Assembly: GCA_964016885.1 (NCBI GenBank)
Contig: OZ024754.1
Span: forward strand, 13,764,001 to 13,828,000
DNA from: Eledone cirrhosa
Lineage: Eukaryota
DNA length: 64,000 bases
Direction: 5' to 3'
Both the position numbers and the translations under genes were made by a program. The stretch's first letter is position 1. Every line of letters starts with the position of its first letter. This document shows positions 42,200-55,653 of this stretch, in pieces. The notes under the pieces were generated by a model. That model was given only the letters and a program-made list of their open reading frames with translations. It ran no database searches and was not told the origin of the DNA.

Positions 42200-43790
42200 G
42201 GCAATCAAGAGTAAGAGTAAGCCCCTCTACCTGGCCTTTGTCGACCTTGAGAAAGCTTTTGACAGAGTCCTCCATTCCCTTATGTGGTGGGCTTTTAGGA
42301 AACTAAGAGTTGATGAATGGCTTGTGAGAGCAATTCAAGCAATGTATAGAAGAACAGCCAGTAAGTTTAGAATTAACAATGACTATAGTGAAGAATTTAG
42401 CATGCAGGTTGATGTCCATAAGGGCTCTGTTCTTAGCCCTCTTTGGTTTATTATCGTTCTGCAGGCAATAACGGAGGAGTTTAAGACTGGCTGCCCATGG
42501 GAACATCTGTATGCTGATGACCTAACCCTTATAGCCGAATCTATAGCTGAACTAGAGATGAAATTCCAAACCTGGAAGCAAGGCCTAGAATCTGAAGGTC
42601 TTAAAGTCCACCTGACAAAAACTAAAGTTCTAGTAAGTAGAAAGGATAACATGGCCCAGATCTCCTTTGGGAAATGGCCCTGCTCAGTGTGCAAAAAATG
42701 AGTAAGTAGAAATTCCATTCTATGTACCAAATGCAAGCAATGGTTACACAAGAGATGTAGTGGGATCTCAGGCAGGCTAACAAAGAATGTAGGTTTTACT
42801 TGTGGCAGGCGCACAGGGGCAGCAAGTAGCAAGAACCCTCAGGATACAACCACCTTCAAATGCCCAGAGGGCTCGGTTGGAGTTTTAGATAGTTTCAGTT
42901 ACCTGGGTGACCAAATCAGTAGTGGGGGAGGGCGTTCTGAAAGCACAGTAACCAGAGTGAGATCGGGTTGGAGAAAATTCAGGGAGTTACTACTGTTACT
43001 AACTACAAAAGGTTTTTCTCTTAAAATGAAAGGCAGACTGTATGATGCATGTATACAACAATAATGTTGCACAGCAGCAAGACCTGGGCACTGTGTGCCG
43101 AGGACCTGCGAAGATTGGAAAGAAATTAAGCCTCCCTGCTTCGCTGGATGTGCAATAGCAATATATGTGAACGGCAAAGTATAGATACACTGCATGAGAA
43201 ATTAGGCATAAGAGGGATCAGTTGTTGCATGCAGGAGGGGAGATTGCATTGGTATGGACATGTGATGTGTATGAAGGATGACAGCTGTATAATAAGGTCC
43301 AGAGCACTCAAGGTCAATGGTAGCCGCGGTGTGGGCAGGCCTAGGAAGACTTGGAATGAGGCAATAAAAGCTGACCTTACACAATTACACCTCTCAAAGG
43401 CAATGACACAAGACCACGACCTCTGACACTATGCAGTTTTACGGAAGACCCGTCCTCTATTATTCTCAGGATGAGGCTTATACCTAGTAGGCAACACCTT
43501 CCTCAACCTCCCCCCCCCCTCCCATACACCTCCCTTAGCAGTAACCATCCCTCCCCTACTACCCTGTCCACATTTCCCCCCCCAAGCTCCTCCACCCTCC
43601 CTAGTCCCATGACAAAAGTGCCCAGGCCCCACTGTAAAGTGGTTGTGTCGGCGACACGACAAAAAGCACCCAGCACACACTGTAAATGTGGTTGACGGTA
43701 GGAAGGGCACCCAGCTGTAGAAACCAAGCCAAAATCTGCCCCGGGTGATTGATACTAATCGATGATGGATACTAATCGATGAGGTTGATA
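42200..43790 (+). mobile_element. 5'-truncated RTE-clade LINE (RT pseudogene plus 3' UTR)
   Basis: KPLYLAFVDLEKAFDRV, KGSVLSPL, LYADDL, KTKVL, a Cys/His cluster, FSYLGD, GWRKFREL, RLHWYGHV and GRPRKTW, with several stops and frameshifts. Confidence 0.93.
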
Positions 43791-44194
43791 ATATATTTAT
43801 GTGTATATATATATGAAGTGTGTATGTATATGTATGATATGTGTATGTATATTACATATATGGTATATGTATATGTACACATATATATATATATATGTGT
43901 ATATCATTATCATGATATGTGCATGTATGTATATGTATATATATATATATAAATATATGTATATTATACTGGTACCACAAAACACCCAGCCCACACTGTA
44001 AAGTGGACGTGTAAAAGACATGGCAAAAAACACCCAGCACCCACTGTTAATGTGGTTGGTGTTAGGAAGGGCATCCAGTCAGAAACTCTCCTATATGAGC
44101 GAGATACTTCACCCAACCCAATTTGCCTCTGAATGGGACAAACCCGTCTAACCCATGCTAGCGTGGAAGATAGACATTAATCGATGATGATGAT

Positions 44195-44380
44195 AATTGT
44201 TTCTACTTTAGGCACAAGGCCAGCAATTACCCAGTGCATTACTGGTACTTTATTTTATCGACCCCGTAAGGATGAAAGGCAAAGTCAACCTCGGCGGGAT
44301 TTGAACTCAGTAAAAGGACGTAACTATGCTGGAAAGCATGGCGTCCAACCCTCTACCGATACTGCCAATCCACCGCCCTC
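44195..44380 (-). mobile_element. SINE family A
   Basis: Reverse complement of the family A body and head. Confidence 0.88.
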
Positions 44381-45277
44381 GATGATGATGATAATGATGA
44401 TGATATATATACACACACATACACACATAGGGTGTTTCGAAATTTGATGCAAATATTCCAGAAACTGCAAATAAATAAATAAATATATATATATATATAT
44501 AAATATAAGTATGTATACGTACATACATATATGTATACAGACGTACAGTAGTATGTATATACATACATAGATGCACACACATATATATATGTACGTATGC
44601 GTTTACCGAACATTTATTATAATGCTCGGTTTGTTTGTAAACAAACATCCCGTACAGTGTTCGGCAACCATCGTTGCCATTTTGTTCAACACTGACAAAG
44701 GAATGATGAACTAGTTTCTAGCTTTTTATCTGTCACCAGCACCATATACCTTCCTGTCAGTGGTATATGTATGTACGTATCCATACTTATATTTAAGTAT
44801 CAGCTGCACTAAGAGTGAGAAATGAAATTTCATTTTTTCCATATATATATATATATATAACCCATGCTAGCGTGGAAAATGATGATGATGATGATGATGA
44901 TGATATATATAAACTGATGATATATATAATGATAAACGAAGATGATGATGATGATGATATATATAAACTGCCGGTGGTAGATATATTTTGATGATTTTGG
45001 TATGTTTATGTACATTTTGTCTTCAAACTTTGATTTTGTACCAAATTACGTGTAGTTAACTATATGTCTAGTCAATTTCTACAGCCTATCAGAAATACTA
45101 AGTAAATTTTCTGTAGCTGTGAGTCGCGGATAAAAAGCTATATCATCTGTCTACTATTTCTTCATAAGTATATTTTAAACTTATAGCCTCGTTTAAATGA
45201 TTTGTTGTGTGGTTGATTTATACCGATTGGGAGGATATATATACTGTATATATTTTATCTAATGAGTCTATGGATTT

Positions 45278-45319
<42 letters not shown>

Positions 45320-45463
45320 GAGAAGAAAGAATACTGCGTGGTTGCACATGGGTTACATATGATAAAAATAGTCCTTCGTCAGTGATTGTCCAACCTTCAT
45401 TGGTATTTCATCGCATTAAAAATCATATACCTCCGGTTGGTGCGAGCAATAGCTAAATAAAGC

Positions 45464-45532
<69 letters not shown>

Positions 45533-45949
45533 AATAGACAGAGTCATTAGAACGTTGGATAGAATACTTTATTGTACTCGTTCCGGTTCACTGCTCCCTG
45601 AGTCCGAATCCCACCTAAGTCAACTGTACCTTTCATCCTTAGAGGTCGATAAAAAAAAGTACCAGTCTAGTACTGAGGTTGATTCTTTCTTTCTCTCACT
45701 TTCTAACTTTCTCTGGAAGAAATCTGCTGTACTGAGGCCTGGAGAGTGATGGGCTCCGCCTGGCTTTAAATGTCCAAGAAACGCCGTATGTCAATATGGC
45801 GCGCCTATGACTCCCCCAGGAGTTACCGAACCATACAAACAATAAATATATAAGAGACTCTCCAAGTGCTAAATAATTTCTCCTGTTTGTTTGATGTGAT
45901 ATTTCTGGCATGTTTAATTAGTTCCATATCAATCTTGGTCAGTATTTCG

Positions 45950-47250
45950 TTCACGATTGTGAGTTCCATTCCTGGTGGCCCGCTGTATCCTTCAGCAAGG
46001 CACTTCATTTGACATTATTCCAGTCTATTCAACTGATGAAAATGAGTCATACCTGTACTTCAAAGAAGCCAGCTTGTCACACACTGTACCACACTGAATC
46101 ACAGTGTACCATGCTTGACATTAATAGTACACGTATTTATACCTGTACTTCAAAGAAGCCAGCTTGTCACACACTGTACCACACTGAATCACAGTGTACC
46201 ATGCTCGACATTAATAGTACACGTATTTATATCTCTACTTCAAAGAAGCCAGCTTGTCACACACTGTACCACACTGAATCACAATGTACCATGCTTGACA
46301 TTAATAGTACACGTATTTATATCTCTACTTCAAAGAAGCCAGCTTGTCACACACTGTATCATGCTGAATCACAGTGTACCATGCTCGACATTAATAGTAC
46401 ACGTATTTATACCTGTACTTCAAAGAAGCCAGCTTGTCACACACTGTACCATGCTGAATCACAGTGTACCATGCTCGACATTAATAGTACACGTATTTAT
46501 ACCTGTACTTCAAAGAAGCCAGCTTGTCACACACTGTACCACGCTGAATCACAGTGTACCATGCTTGACATTAATAGTACACGTATTTATACCTCTACTT
46601 CAAAGAAGCCAGCTTGTCACACACTGTACCACACTGAATCACAGTGTACCATGCTTGACATTAATAGTACACGTATTTATATCTCTACTTCAAAGAAGCC
46701 AGCTTGTCACACACTGTACCATGCTGAATCACAGTGTACCATGCTTGACATTAATAGTACACGTATTTATACCTCTACTTCAAAGAAGCCAGCTAATCAC
46801 ACACTGTACCATGCTGAATCACAGTGTACCATGCTTGACATTAATAGTACACGTATTTATATCTCTACTTCAAAGAAGCCAGCTTGTCACACACTGTACC
46901 ACACTGAATCACAGTGTACCATGCTTGACATTAATAGTACACGTATTTATATCTCTACTTCAAAGAAGCCAGCTTGTCACACACTGTACCACGCTGAATC
47001 ACAGTGTACCATGCTTTAGACTAATAGTACACGTATTTATATCTCTACTTCAAAGAAGCCAGCTAGTCACACACTGTACCATGCTGAATCACAGTGTACC
47101 ATGCTCGACATTAATAGTACACGTATTTATATCTGTACTTCAAAGAAGCCAGCTTATCACACACTGTACCACGCTGAATCACACTGTACCATGCTTGACA
47201 TTAATTTAATGGTACACGTATCTGTGCAACCGTTCAACAGACTGGCAGAG
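45950..47250 (+). repeat. 90-bp minisatellite (~13 copies, 46051-47205) inside an old SINE
   Basis: Unit ACCTGTACTTCAAAGAAGCCAGCTTGTCACACACTG...GTACACGTATTTAT. It is preceded by a decayed SINE head (GAGTTCCATTCC..CAAGGCACTT) and is similar to the reverse complement of 53800-53930. Confidence 0.9.
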
Positions 47251-47254
47251 GTAT

Positions 47255-47297
47255 ACAGTCCTGATGAAGGGTAATGACCCAGAAACATGTTGATTGT
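47255..47297 (+). ncRNA. Hammerhead motif, partly decayed
   Basis: ACAGTC-CTGATGA-A-GGGT aatg ACCC-A-GAAA-CATG-TT-GATTGT. Confidence 0.6.
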
Positions 47298-47744
47298 TCC
47301 TCAAAGCCAGTGTTGAACAAACAGGTGACAATTGGTCACCGGCACGGCACACCTTCAAATCGGGCCGTTTGTTTATAACCCATACATACAGATGTATAAG
47401 TATTTATGTGTGTGTATATATATATATATATTATATATATTTGTGTGTATACATGTGCATACCTACATTTATGTATCAGCTGTGCTAGGGCGAGAAATAA
47501 AATTCTAATTTTATTTTCATTATATTATAGCATATTATTATACTTGGGCTAGGCTCAAAACCCAATCACCCTCCCCTTCACTGCTCCCTTCTCTTCTGTG
47601 ACACCAGAGCTCTTGCCATCTCCTGCCTTTCCCGTTCTTTTTCTTCTGTCTTTCTCATTCTTTTTCTATATTTCCCTATTCTTTCTTTTTGTTTCCCTTT
47701 TTTTTTCTTATATTATATATTATTTGCTATCATTACATTATATA

Positions 47745-48600
47745 TGCTTTCCAGTATAGTTACGTCCCTTTACGATCTGAGTTCAAATCCCGCCGAGGTT
47801 GACTTTGCCTTTCATCCTTACGGGGTCGATAAAATAAAGTACCAGTAATACACTGGGATAATTGCCGGCCTTGTGCCCAAAGTAGAAACAATTACATTAT
47901 ATATATATATATATCATCATCATCATCATCGTTTTACGTCCGTTCTTCCATGTTAGCATGGGTTAGACGGGTTGTCCTGTTGTGGGCAGTGTCTGGTCGG
48001 TTTACCTTGTCTTGCTCATACAGGAACTGATTCTGGCTTGATTTCTACAGCTGGATGCCCTTCCTAACACCAACCTCATTTACAGTGAGTGCTAGGTGCT
48101 TTTTTTCTGTGGCACCTACATGTCCACTTTACAGTGAGTGCTGGGTGCTTTTTTGCCGTGGCACCTACATGTCCACTTTACAGTGAGTGCTGGGTGCTTT
48201 TTTGCCGTGGCACCTACATGTCCACTTTACAGTGGAATGATAGGGACCCCAGTCCCTATCATCTCATTTCTACAGCTGAGTAAACTGGAGCAATTTGAAA
48301 TAAAGTGTCTTGCTCAAGGAAACAACACATCACTCGGTCTGTATTATATATATATATATAGTATACTATATTATATATTACTATTTAGTATATATTATAT
48401 TATCATACTATTGGCGGTGAATTGGCAGTATCGGTAGAGGGTTGGACACCATGCTTTCCAGCATAGTTACGTCCCTTTACAGTCTGAGTTCAAATCCCGC
48501 CGAGGTTGACTTTGCCTTTCATCCTTACGGGGTCGATAAAATAAAGTACTAGTAATGTACTGAGTAATTGCTGGCCTTGTGCCTAAAGTAGAAACAATTA
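47745..48600. mobile_element. SINE cluster: family A (+, 47745-47895; +, 48413-48600) and family B (-, 47915-48340, with internal duplications)
   Basis: Direct similarity to other copies in the window. Confidence 0.85.
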
Positions 48601-48899
48601 TTTTATCATACTATATTGTATATATTATATATATATGTAGTATATATTATATTATCATACTATATTGTATATATTATATATATATGTAGTATATATTATA
48701 TTATATTATCATACTATATTGTATGTGTATATAGTACACTATATTATGTGTGCATTAATAAAAATATTAAATAATCATAACAATGACATAAAAATGTATC
48801 CAAAGTTGAGACTTGTCAGAAATTTGTCTATAGCTTTAAGGTATTATATTTATATGTTATCCCTTTTATTAGACATATAACCTTCTCTAGTAATATGTG

Positions 48900-49172
48900 T
48901 ATCTAGTGGTAAGGGTGTTAGACTTACGATCATAATGCTGTGGGTTCAATTCCTGGGTTGTTGTGTTGTGTTCTTGAGCAAAACACTTCATTTCACATTG
49001 CTCCAGTATACTCAGCTGAAAATGAGTTCCAGCAATAGCTGGGGGTTTAATCTTGCAATAGATTGGCGTCCTGTCCAGGGGGATGTCTTGTACTCTCAGT
49101 CACGTTATGCCACGAAACCAGGATAAACACCGGCCAAATGTGATTTCTGGCTTAAGACAGACTTTAGACTTA
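48900..49172 (+). mobile_element. Diverged tRNA-derived SINE related to family B
   Basis: TAGTGGTAAGGG..GGTTCAATTCC..TTCTTGAGCAAAACACTT..TGGCGTCCTGTCCAGGGG..GAAACCAGGATAAAC, with a (AGACTT)n tail. Confidence 0.7.
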
Positions 49173-49176
49173 GAGC

Positions 49177-49725
49177 GTTTTATTAGACATCTAACCTTCT
49201 ATAGTAGTATGTATCTATAGTTTTATTAGACATAGCTCTAACCTTCTATAGTAGTATGTATCTATAGTTTTATTAGACATAGTTCTAACCTTCTATAGTA
49301 ATATGTATCTATAGTTTTATTAGACATAGCTCTAACCTTCTATAGTAGTATGTATCTATAGTTTTATTAGACATAGCTCTAACCTTCTATAGTAGTATGT
49401 ATCTATAGTTTTATTAGACATAGCTCTAACCTTCTATAGTAGTATGTATCTATAGTTTTATTAGACATAGTTCTAACACTCTATAGTAATATGTATCTAT
49501 AGTTTTATTAGACATAGCTCTAACCTTCTATAGTATGTATCTATAGTTTTATTAGACATAGTTCTATCCTTCTATAGTAGTATGTATCTATAGTTTTATT
49601 AGACATAGCTCTAACCTTCTATAGTAATATGTATCTATAGTTTTATTAGACATAGCTCTAACACTCTATAGTAATATATGTCTACAGTTTTATTAGACAT
49701 ATAACCCTCTAGAGTAATATCTATG
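49177..49725. repeat. 47-bp minisatellite, ~12 copies
   Basis: Unit GTTTTATTAGACATAGCTCTAACCTTCTATAGTAGTATGTATCTATA. Confidence 0.95.
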
Positions 49726-50004
49726 TGTCTACAGTTCGAAAAGATTTTGTAAATCTCAAGGTTTTCTTTTTTCTTTTTTTATTTCCATTGCAAAAAAAAA
49801 AAAAACCTGGACTAACACTTGGTAAATGTTATTAAAGATGCCAAGGAAGAGGTGAACCAATCAAAGAAACATCTCTTGTAGAGGTCTTAACTGTTGGAGA
49901 GAATGTTCCGGTCGAATCCAATAATAAAACAGTAAATTGTGAAAAATCCAATAATACATCTGATGGCGAGTGAGAAAGAGATATAGAAGGAAAGATAAAC
50001 AGAA

Positions 50005-50059
<55 letters not shown>

Positions 50060-50778
50060 TGCAGCAAAATGCAGAGGTCCAACCTGGCCTGGCAGTAAAG
50101 TGCAGCCATATATATCTATAAGTGAAGTGTGACAATATTGAGAAGATTGACTTGCAACCCCTAAATATAATACCAGACATCTCTAGTGCTGAATCAACTT
50201 TGCTTTTTGACCCCATATTTTCTGGTCTTCTTCTGCTTAATTTAGAAACCAACATTTCACTTAAAATACAAATTGCAAAGTCTTTAAATTAAACATTTAT
50301 CAATAGCTTCACACGTCATTTTGCACTGATACAGCATTCTGGAAACTATCACCATTTTTTACATGGGTGTTCCAGCAGGAATAGCATTTATATGCATTCA
50401 TGGTGCCGTAACTCCTGATGGAATCGTAGGGGTACCATATTGACACACACTGTTTTTAGGGTATTTTTAAACTTGGTTGTCCCCATCTCTTCTCCAGGTA
50501 TAAATACAGCAGATTTCTTTCAGAGAATGATAGAGAGTGAGAGAGAGAGAGGAAGTGAGAAAGAGATAAAGAGGAAGAATTAACCCCAATAATTTACTGG
50601 TACTTTTTTTATTGACCTCGTAAAAGGCAAGGTTGAGCTCGACAGGATTTAAACTCAGAGAGCCAGAACGCATGCTGCAAATCATTCTATCTGGCATTCT
50701 AACGACTCTGCCAATATGTCTCCTTAGAATTTGCATATGTATAGCAAAAATGAACAACAGAATGATGGTTGTTAATTA

Positions 50779-51118
50779 CGATGGTGGGCTGAAAGGTTTA
50801 GGGGCTCGCTATGAAGGAGTGATGCTAGAGCTGTGAAATCTTGCAAGTATTAATTTCAACTTTTCTTATTAATAACTACATTGTTTCTTTCCAGGGTCTA
50901 TGTTGAAAAATAAACATCATTTAGTCATTCTATGAGAGTATCTTGGTCAGCCTATGAAGGAGCGATGCTAGAGCTGTAAAATCTTGTATGCATTAATTTC
51001 AACTCTTCTTATTAATAACTGCATTGTTTCTTTCTAGGGACTCTGCTGAAAATAAACTTCATTTGGTCACTCCATAAGAGTATCTTGGTCAGCCTATAAA
51101 CTTTTCAGCTGACCTTCG
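50779..51118 (+). mobile_element. Mariner-derived MITE with internal duplication
   Basis: TA-CGATGGTGGGCTGAAAG ... CTTTTCAGCTGACCTTCG-TA. Same family as 4715 and 28300. Confidence 0.85.
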
Positions 51119-51410
51119 TATTTATTATATTTTTAAAATTTAGGAAAAAATATAATAAAATCATATTTGAAGTTGCAATGCATGTTTAATGATGGGAATG
51201 AAGATATTAAACGCTACTGTAATTAATGATAAGAATAAAGATAACTGCTACTTAGATTAAATTATAGTGGAAGGAAGCAAGTGCTCTCCTAAGTATATAT
51301 ATTAAACAATTAGTGACAATTCTTGAAAACAATGTGTTGTCAAAGAAATAGAAATCTTGACATTTATATTGTTGTTTCACTCAAGCTGTAGCTGTGTAAC
51401 TATATTTTAA

Positions 51411-51605
51411 CCCTTTAGCATTTACATTACATATTTATAATTGTATTTTTGTGGTAATGGTTTTCCCTCACATAATATTGAATCTATGAGATCTTTATAT
51501 TATTTATGTTGATAACAATATCTTAACCTTAGTATGAGCAGCTGGTTTGAACTGAAAGAAGTGAGAGAATTCTGGCCAGATACAGCCAGTTTAAATGCTA
51601 AAGGG
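51411..51605. mobile_element. piggyBac-type MITE
   Basis: TTAA-CCCTTTAGCATTTA ... TAAATGCTAAAGGG-TTAA. A second, truncated copy lies at 58870-59057. Confidence 0.85.
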
Positions 51606-52198
51606 TTAAGTGAAAATTGTTGTAAGACAAAAGACATGACCTTTCCATGCTACATCCAGCTATTGTAACATTCAATTTATAAATAATGGTTTCTGAGTTA
51701 GGCGTAAGGCCAACAATTTGAGGTGTAGGGGAAAGTCAATTAAACTGACCTCAGTACGTTGCTGGTACTTTATTTTATCAACCCTGTAAGGATGAGAGGC
51801 AAAGTTAAGCTTGGTGGGATTTGAACTCAGACCGCGACTCTATGCTGCAAAGCATGTTGTTCAACACTCTACCGGTACTTCTAATCTGTCGGATGGTTAA
51901 TCCACGTAGGTTCAATCCCACTGTGTGGCAGCCCAACAAGTGGTTTCTCCCATGGCCTTCAGAGTAAAACTGGATAACTAGGAAACTATGCAGTACCTTA
52001 AACAAGTTTTTTTTTACTGAAGTCTTGAGAAATAGAGTAAATGATTCTCATATGGTAGCTCATCGGATGGACTCTACTAGACTTTGGGTAGTCTGTCGCC
52101 TGTTTTGACACCCTCACCACCTTTGAGTGTCTTTAGCAGAGTCGATTCTGTATCAACATTTGATACATTGAAACCAGTTATATTTTATATATTTTATA

Positions 52199-53054
52199 TC
52201 TATATATATAAAACTGTGGTTGTCTGTCTGTCTATCGATTTTTGGCACACATCTCCTGTTAGAATCTCTCACGGAATTGCACCGAAATTGCTATACTTGT
52301 ACATTGAGCCCTAGCGAAGACATCGGAAAAAAAAAAATTTCAAATTGACCCACCCTATGTGACGAATATAATGTATCGATTTTTGAGCGTAAGTTATCAG
52401 TTATTTCCCTTTGTTCTGTTTACATTGAGCGTCTTACGTAAAAAATTACGCTGGCTTTAACAGTTGTCGAGCCAGCAAAATATTGACCTGCAAAATTCAT
52501 CAGTTCGAACACTAAGCTTCCGTTTTGCTTCATTTCCATTTAAAAGCATTTTAAAACAATATTTTTACTTGAAAACAAGTCTATTTAAAGACTACGTAAA
52601 ACAAGCAAATATTTCGTCGTTAGGCGTGCAGACAGACAGTCGTGCAGAGAGGTGATATAGGCGTGCAGACAGACAGTCGTGCAGAGAGGTGATATAGGCG
52701 TGCAGACAGACAGTCGTGCAGAGAGGTGATATAGGCGTGCAGACAGACATAACTGATAATTTGGTTACGCTAATGTTTTTCTCTGCGTTGCAGTGTTTAC
52801 ATTTTCGATCTTTGTTAATAAATAACCAGTGCAGTTTCTATCCCCAGCATCCTCTTTTGTTATAACATTCGGGTTATCGTTATGTTTTCTTAACTTCATA
52901 AGGCATATTGTTGGTTGAGGGAATATTAATCAAAAACACCACATGCAAGTCTGCACAGTAGACACTACAGTTTTTAAGCCAAGAAAGAAACTTAACATTG
53001 TAACTTTAACACAGCTACTGAGCGACCCCGAGCAACGCCGGGCTTTACTGCTAG
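52199..53054 (+). mobile_element. Non-autonomous Helitron with an internal 37-bp tandem repeat (52621-52749)
   Basis: A|TCTATATATATAAAAC start followed by (GTCT)n. The end has a CCCGAGCAACGCCGGG hairpin plus CTAG|T. Confidence 0.8.
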
Positions 53055-53240
53055 TACATTATAAAACTCCTTTTTTCTTTTAAATTGTTCCTCTCATTTT
53101 TTCAATAATGTCACTTTCACAGATCAAAGAAGAAAAAAGAAAAACAGATCTTTTAAATATATTTTCCATGCTATTTCCAATTCCACTTTTTCTCTATAAC
53201 CTGTTCTGTTTTGTATAGAACTTTACCCACTTTTCAAATT

Positions 53241-53275
<35 letters not shown>

Positions 53276-53943
53276 ATATTTATATATATATTTAACATTA
53301 ATATTAAAATAATTAGTATTTCTCTTTAGTTTACATCTTCATCCTTTTTCCATTATTTTTTATTTTTCGTAATTCTCCAAAAATGTCTTCTCCATCAATC
53401 CCATTCCCACTTTTCTCAACTACCATTGCTAGATGGACCATATAAGCCTCGAGAGATGGAAAAAAGTGGACAGGACAGCCTATGGGGTTCAAACTCACAT
53501 TACTTTTTTTTAAAAAGCAAAAAGCTAACGTACATTTAAATTCATAAATAAATATATTTCTATCTCACTCTGTCTGTGTATCTAGTAGTAAATTCAAAAT
53601 CATTACTTTCTTGATGACAAGTGATTTAATTATATTCCTAATTAAGCACATTCTCCACAGAATTAATTTTACGATGACACTACTTCCTATAAACCTGCTA
53701 ATACAGATCAATAACTATTCCTAACAGACTTTCTTTAATTGAGCGTGTAGTTTTTTAAGTAACAGCAGCAGTTTGTGGCTGTTGCTGAAACTTCGTCAGT
53801 TATGACGAGTCTTTTAGTTGTTTGCACAACGGAACAGCCTGCAAGTGACTGAGCATTCAACAAATACGTGTACCCTTAATGTAGTTCTCAAAGGGATTCA
53901 GTGTGACAAAGCTGTCCCTTTGAATTACTAGTATATATATATA

Positions 53944-54573
<630 letters not shown>

Positions 54574-54956
54574 TATAGGAAAATAGTGAGGACCCCGACA
54601 GCTGAGCTCCAGCCATTTCGACAGCTAGATCCGAACTATATAAGTTAGATCTATTTTAAAGTTGATAAGATACAGGTTGTGTAAGACATGAGGATATAAA
54701 GAATGCTCGCAGAGTAGAAAGCCAAACTTCCAAGTGTTGAGAAGAATCTGCTAATCAGAGCTGGAGACGTGTATTGTGGTAGAAGACTGGGAGGTTATAT
54801 CTGTAGTAGTAGAGCACTCAGTCCATGGGACGAGTCTCGAAGGAGTTAGTTCCAAAACAGTTAACTGTTGTGGAACTAACTTCTACCAAACACATCCCAT
54901 GGAGTGAGTGCTCTACTACTACAGATATAAGCTACCAGTGTTCTACCAGTATATCA

Positions 54957-54991
<35 letters not shown>

Positions 54992-55097
54992 CTATTACTA
55001 TTATTAAGGCCAGCACCACAACGAAGCCATGCCAGGAACATATGTTTCATTGATTTAGATGACCAACTTTCATCCAGTGCCAGAGGGAAAGGAACAA

Positions 55098-55432
55098 TCA
55101 TTTCATCATTTCATTTCATTTTACGTCAGCTTGCAAGGGTGGGACGGGAACTGATTGTGGCTTGATTTCTACAGCTGGATGCCCTTCCTAACACCAACCT
55201 CATTTACAGTGAGTGCTGGGTGCTTTTTTGCTGTGGCACCTACACGTCCACTTTACAGTGGAATGATAGGGACCCCAGTCCCTATCATCTCATTTCTACA
55301 GCTGAGTAAACTGGAGCAATGTGAAATAAAGTGTCTTGCTCAAGGAAACAACACATCACCTGGTCTGAGAATTGAACTCACAACCTTTCGATTGCAAGGC
55401 CAATGGTCTAACCACTAAGCCATGTGCCTCCA
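55098..55432 (-). mobile_element. SINE family B, full length
   Basis: Reverse complement of 54242-54573. Confidence 0.9.
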
Positions 55433-55441
55433 TGTGCAACA

Positions 55442-55475
<34 letters not shown>

Positions 55476-55486
55476 GTATATATACA

Positions 55487-55653
55487 CTGTATTTCCCGAC
55501 GCCGAAGACACTTCATCCTTGAGGATGCACACTAATTTTGACAACCAAAAATTTGAAAAAAATAATAAACAACCTTTGACCTCTAGGACACATGGTAGAT
55601 TTTTGAGATTTATTTTATGAAAAAAATAGTGTCTTCGACGTCGGGAAATAAGG
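55487..55653. mobile_element. Tc1/mariner-superfamily (pogo/Tc2-like) MITE
   Basis: TIRs CTGTATTTCCCGACGCCGAAGACACT and AGTGTCTTCGACGTCGGGAAATAAGG, followed by TA. Confidence 0.75.

Noticed and set aside
46009-47209. Cys/His repeat protein resembling a zinc-finger array
   Set aside because: The spacing does not fit C2H2, and the 90-bp unit is SINE-derived.
49887-50255. 122-aa minus-strand ORF or possible exon (MGSKSKVDSALEMSGIIF...)
   Set aside because: No recognisable homology, a weak donor (GTTGGA), and the remainder is (TATC)n. It is not excluded but is unsupported.
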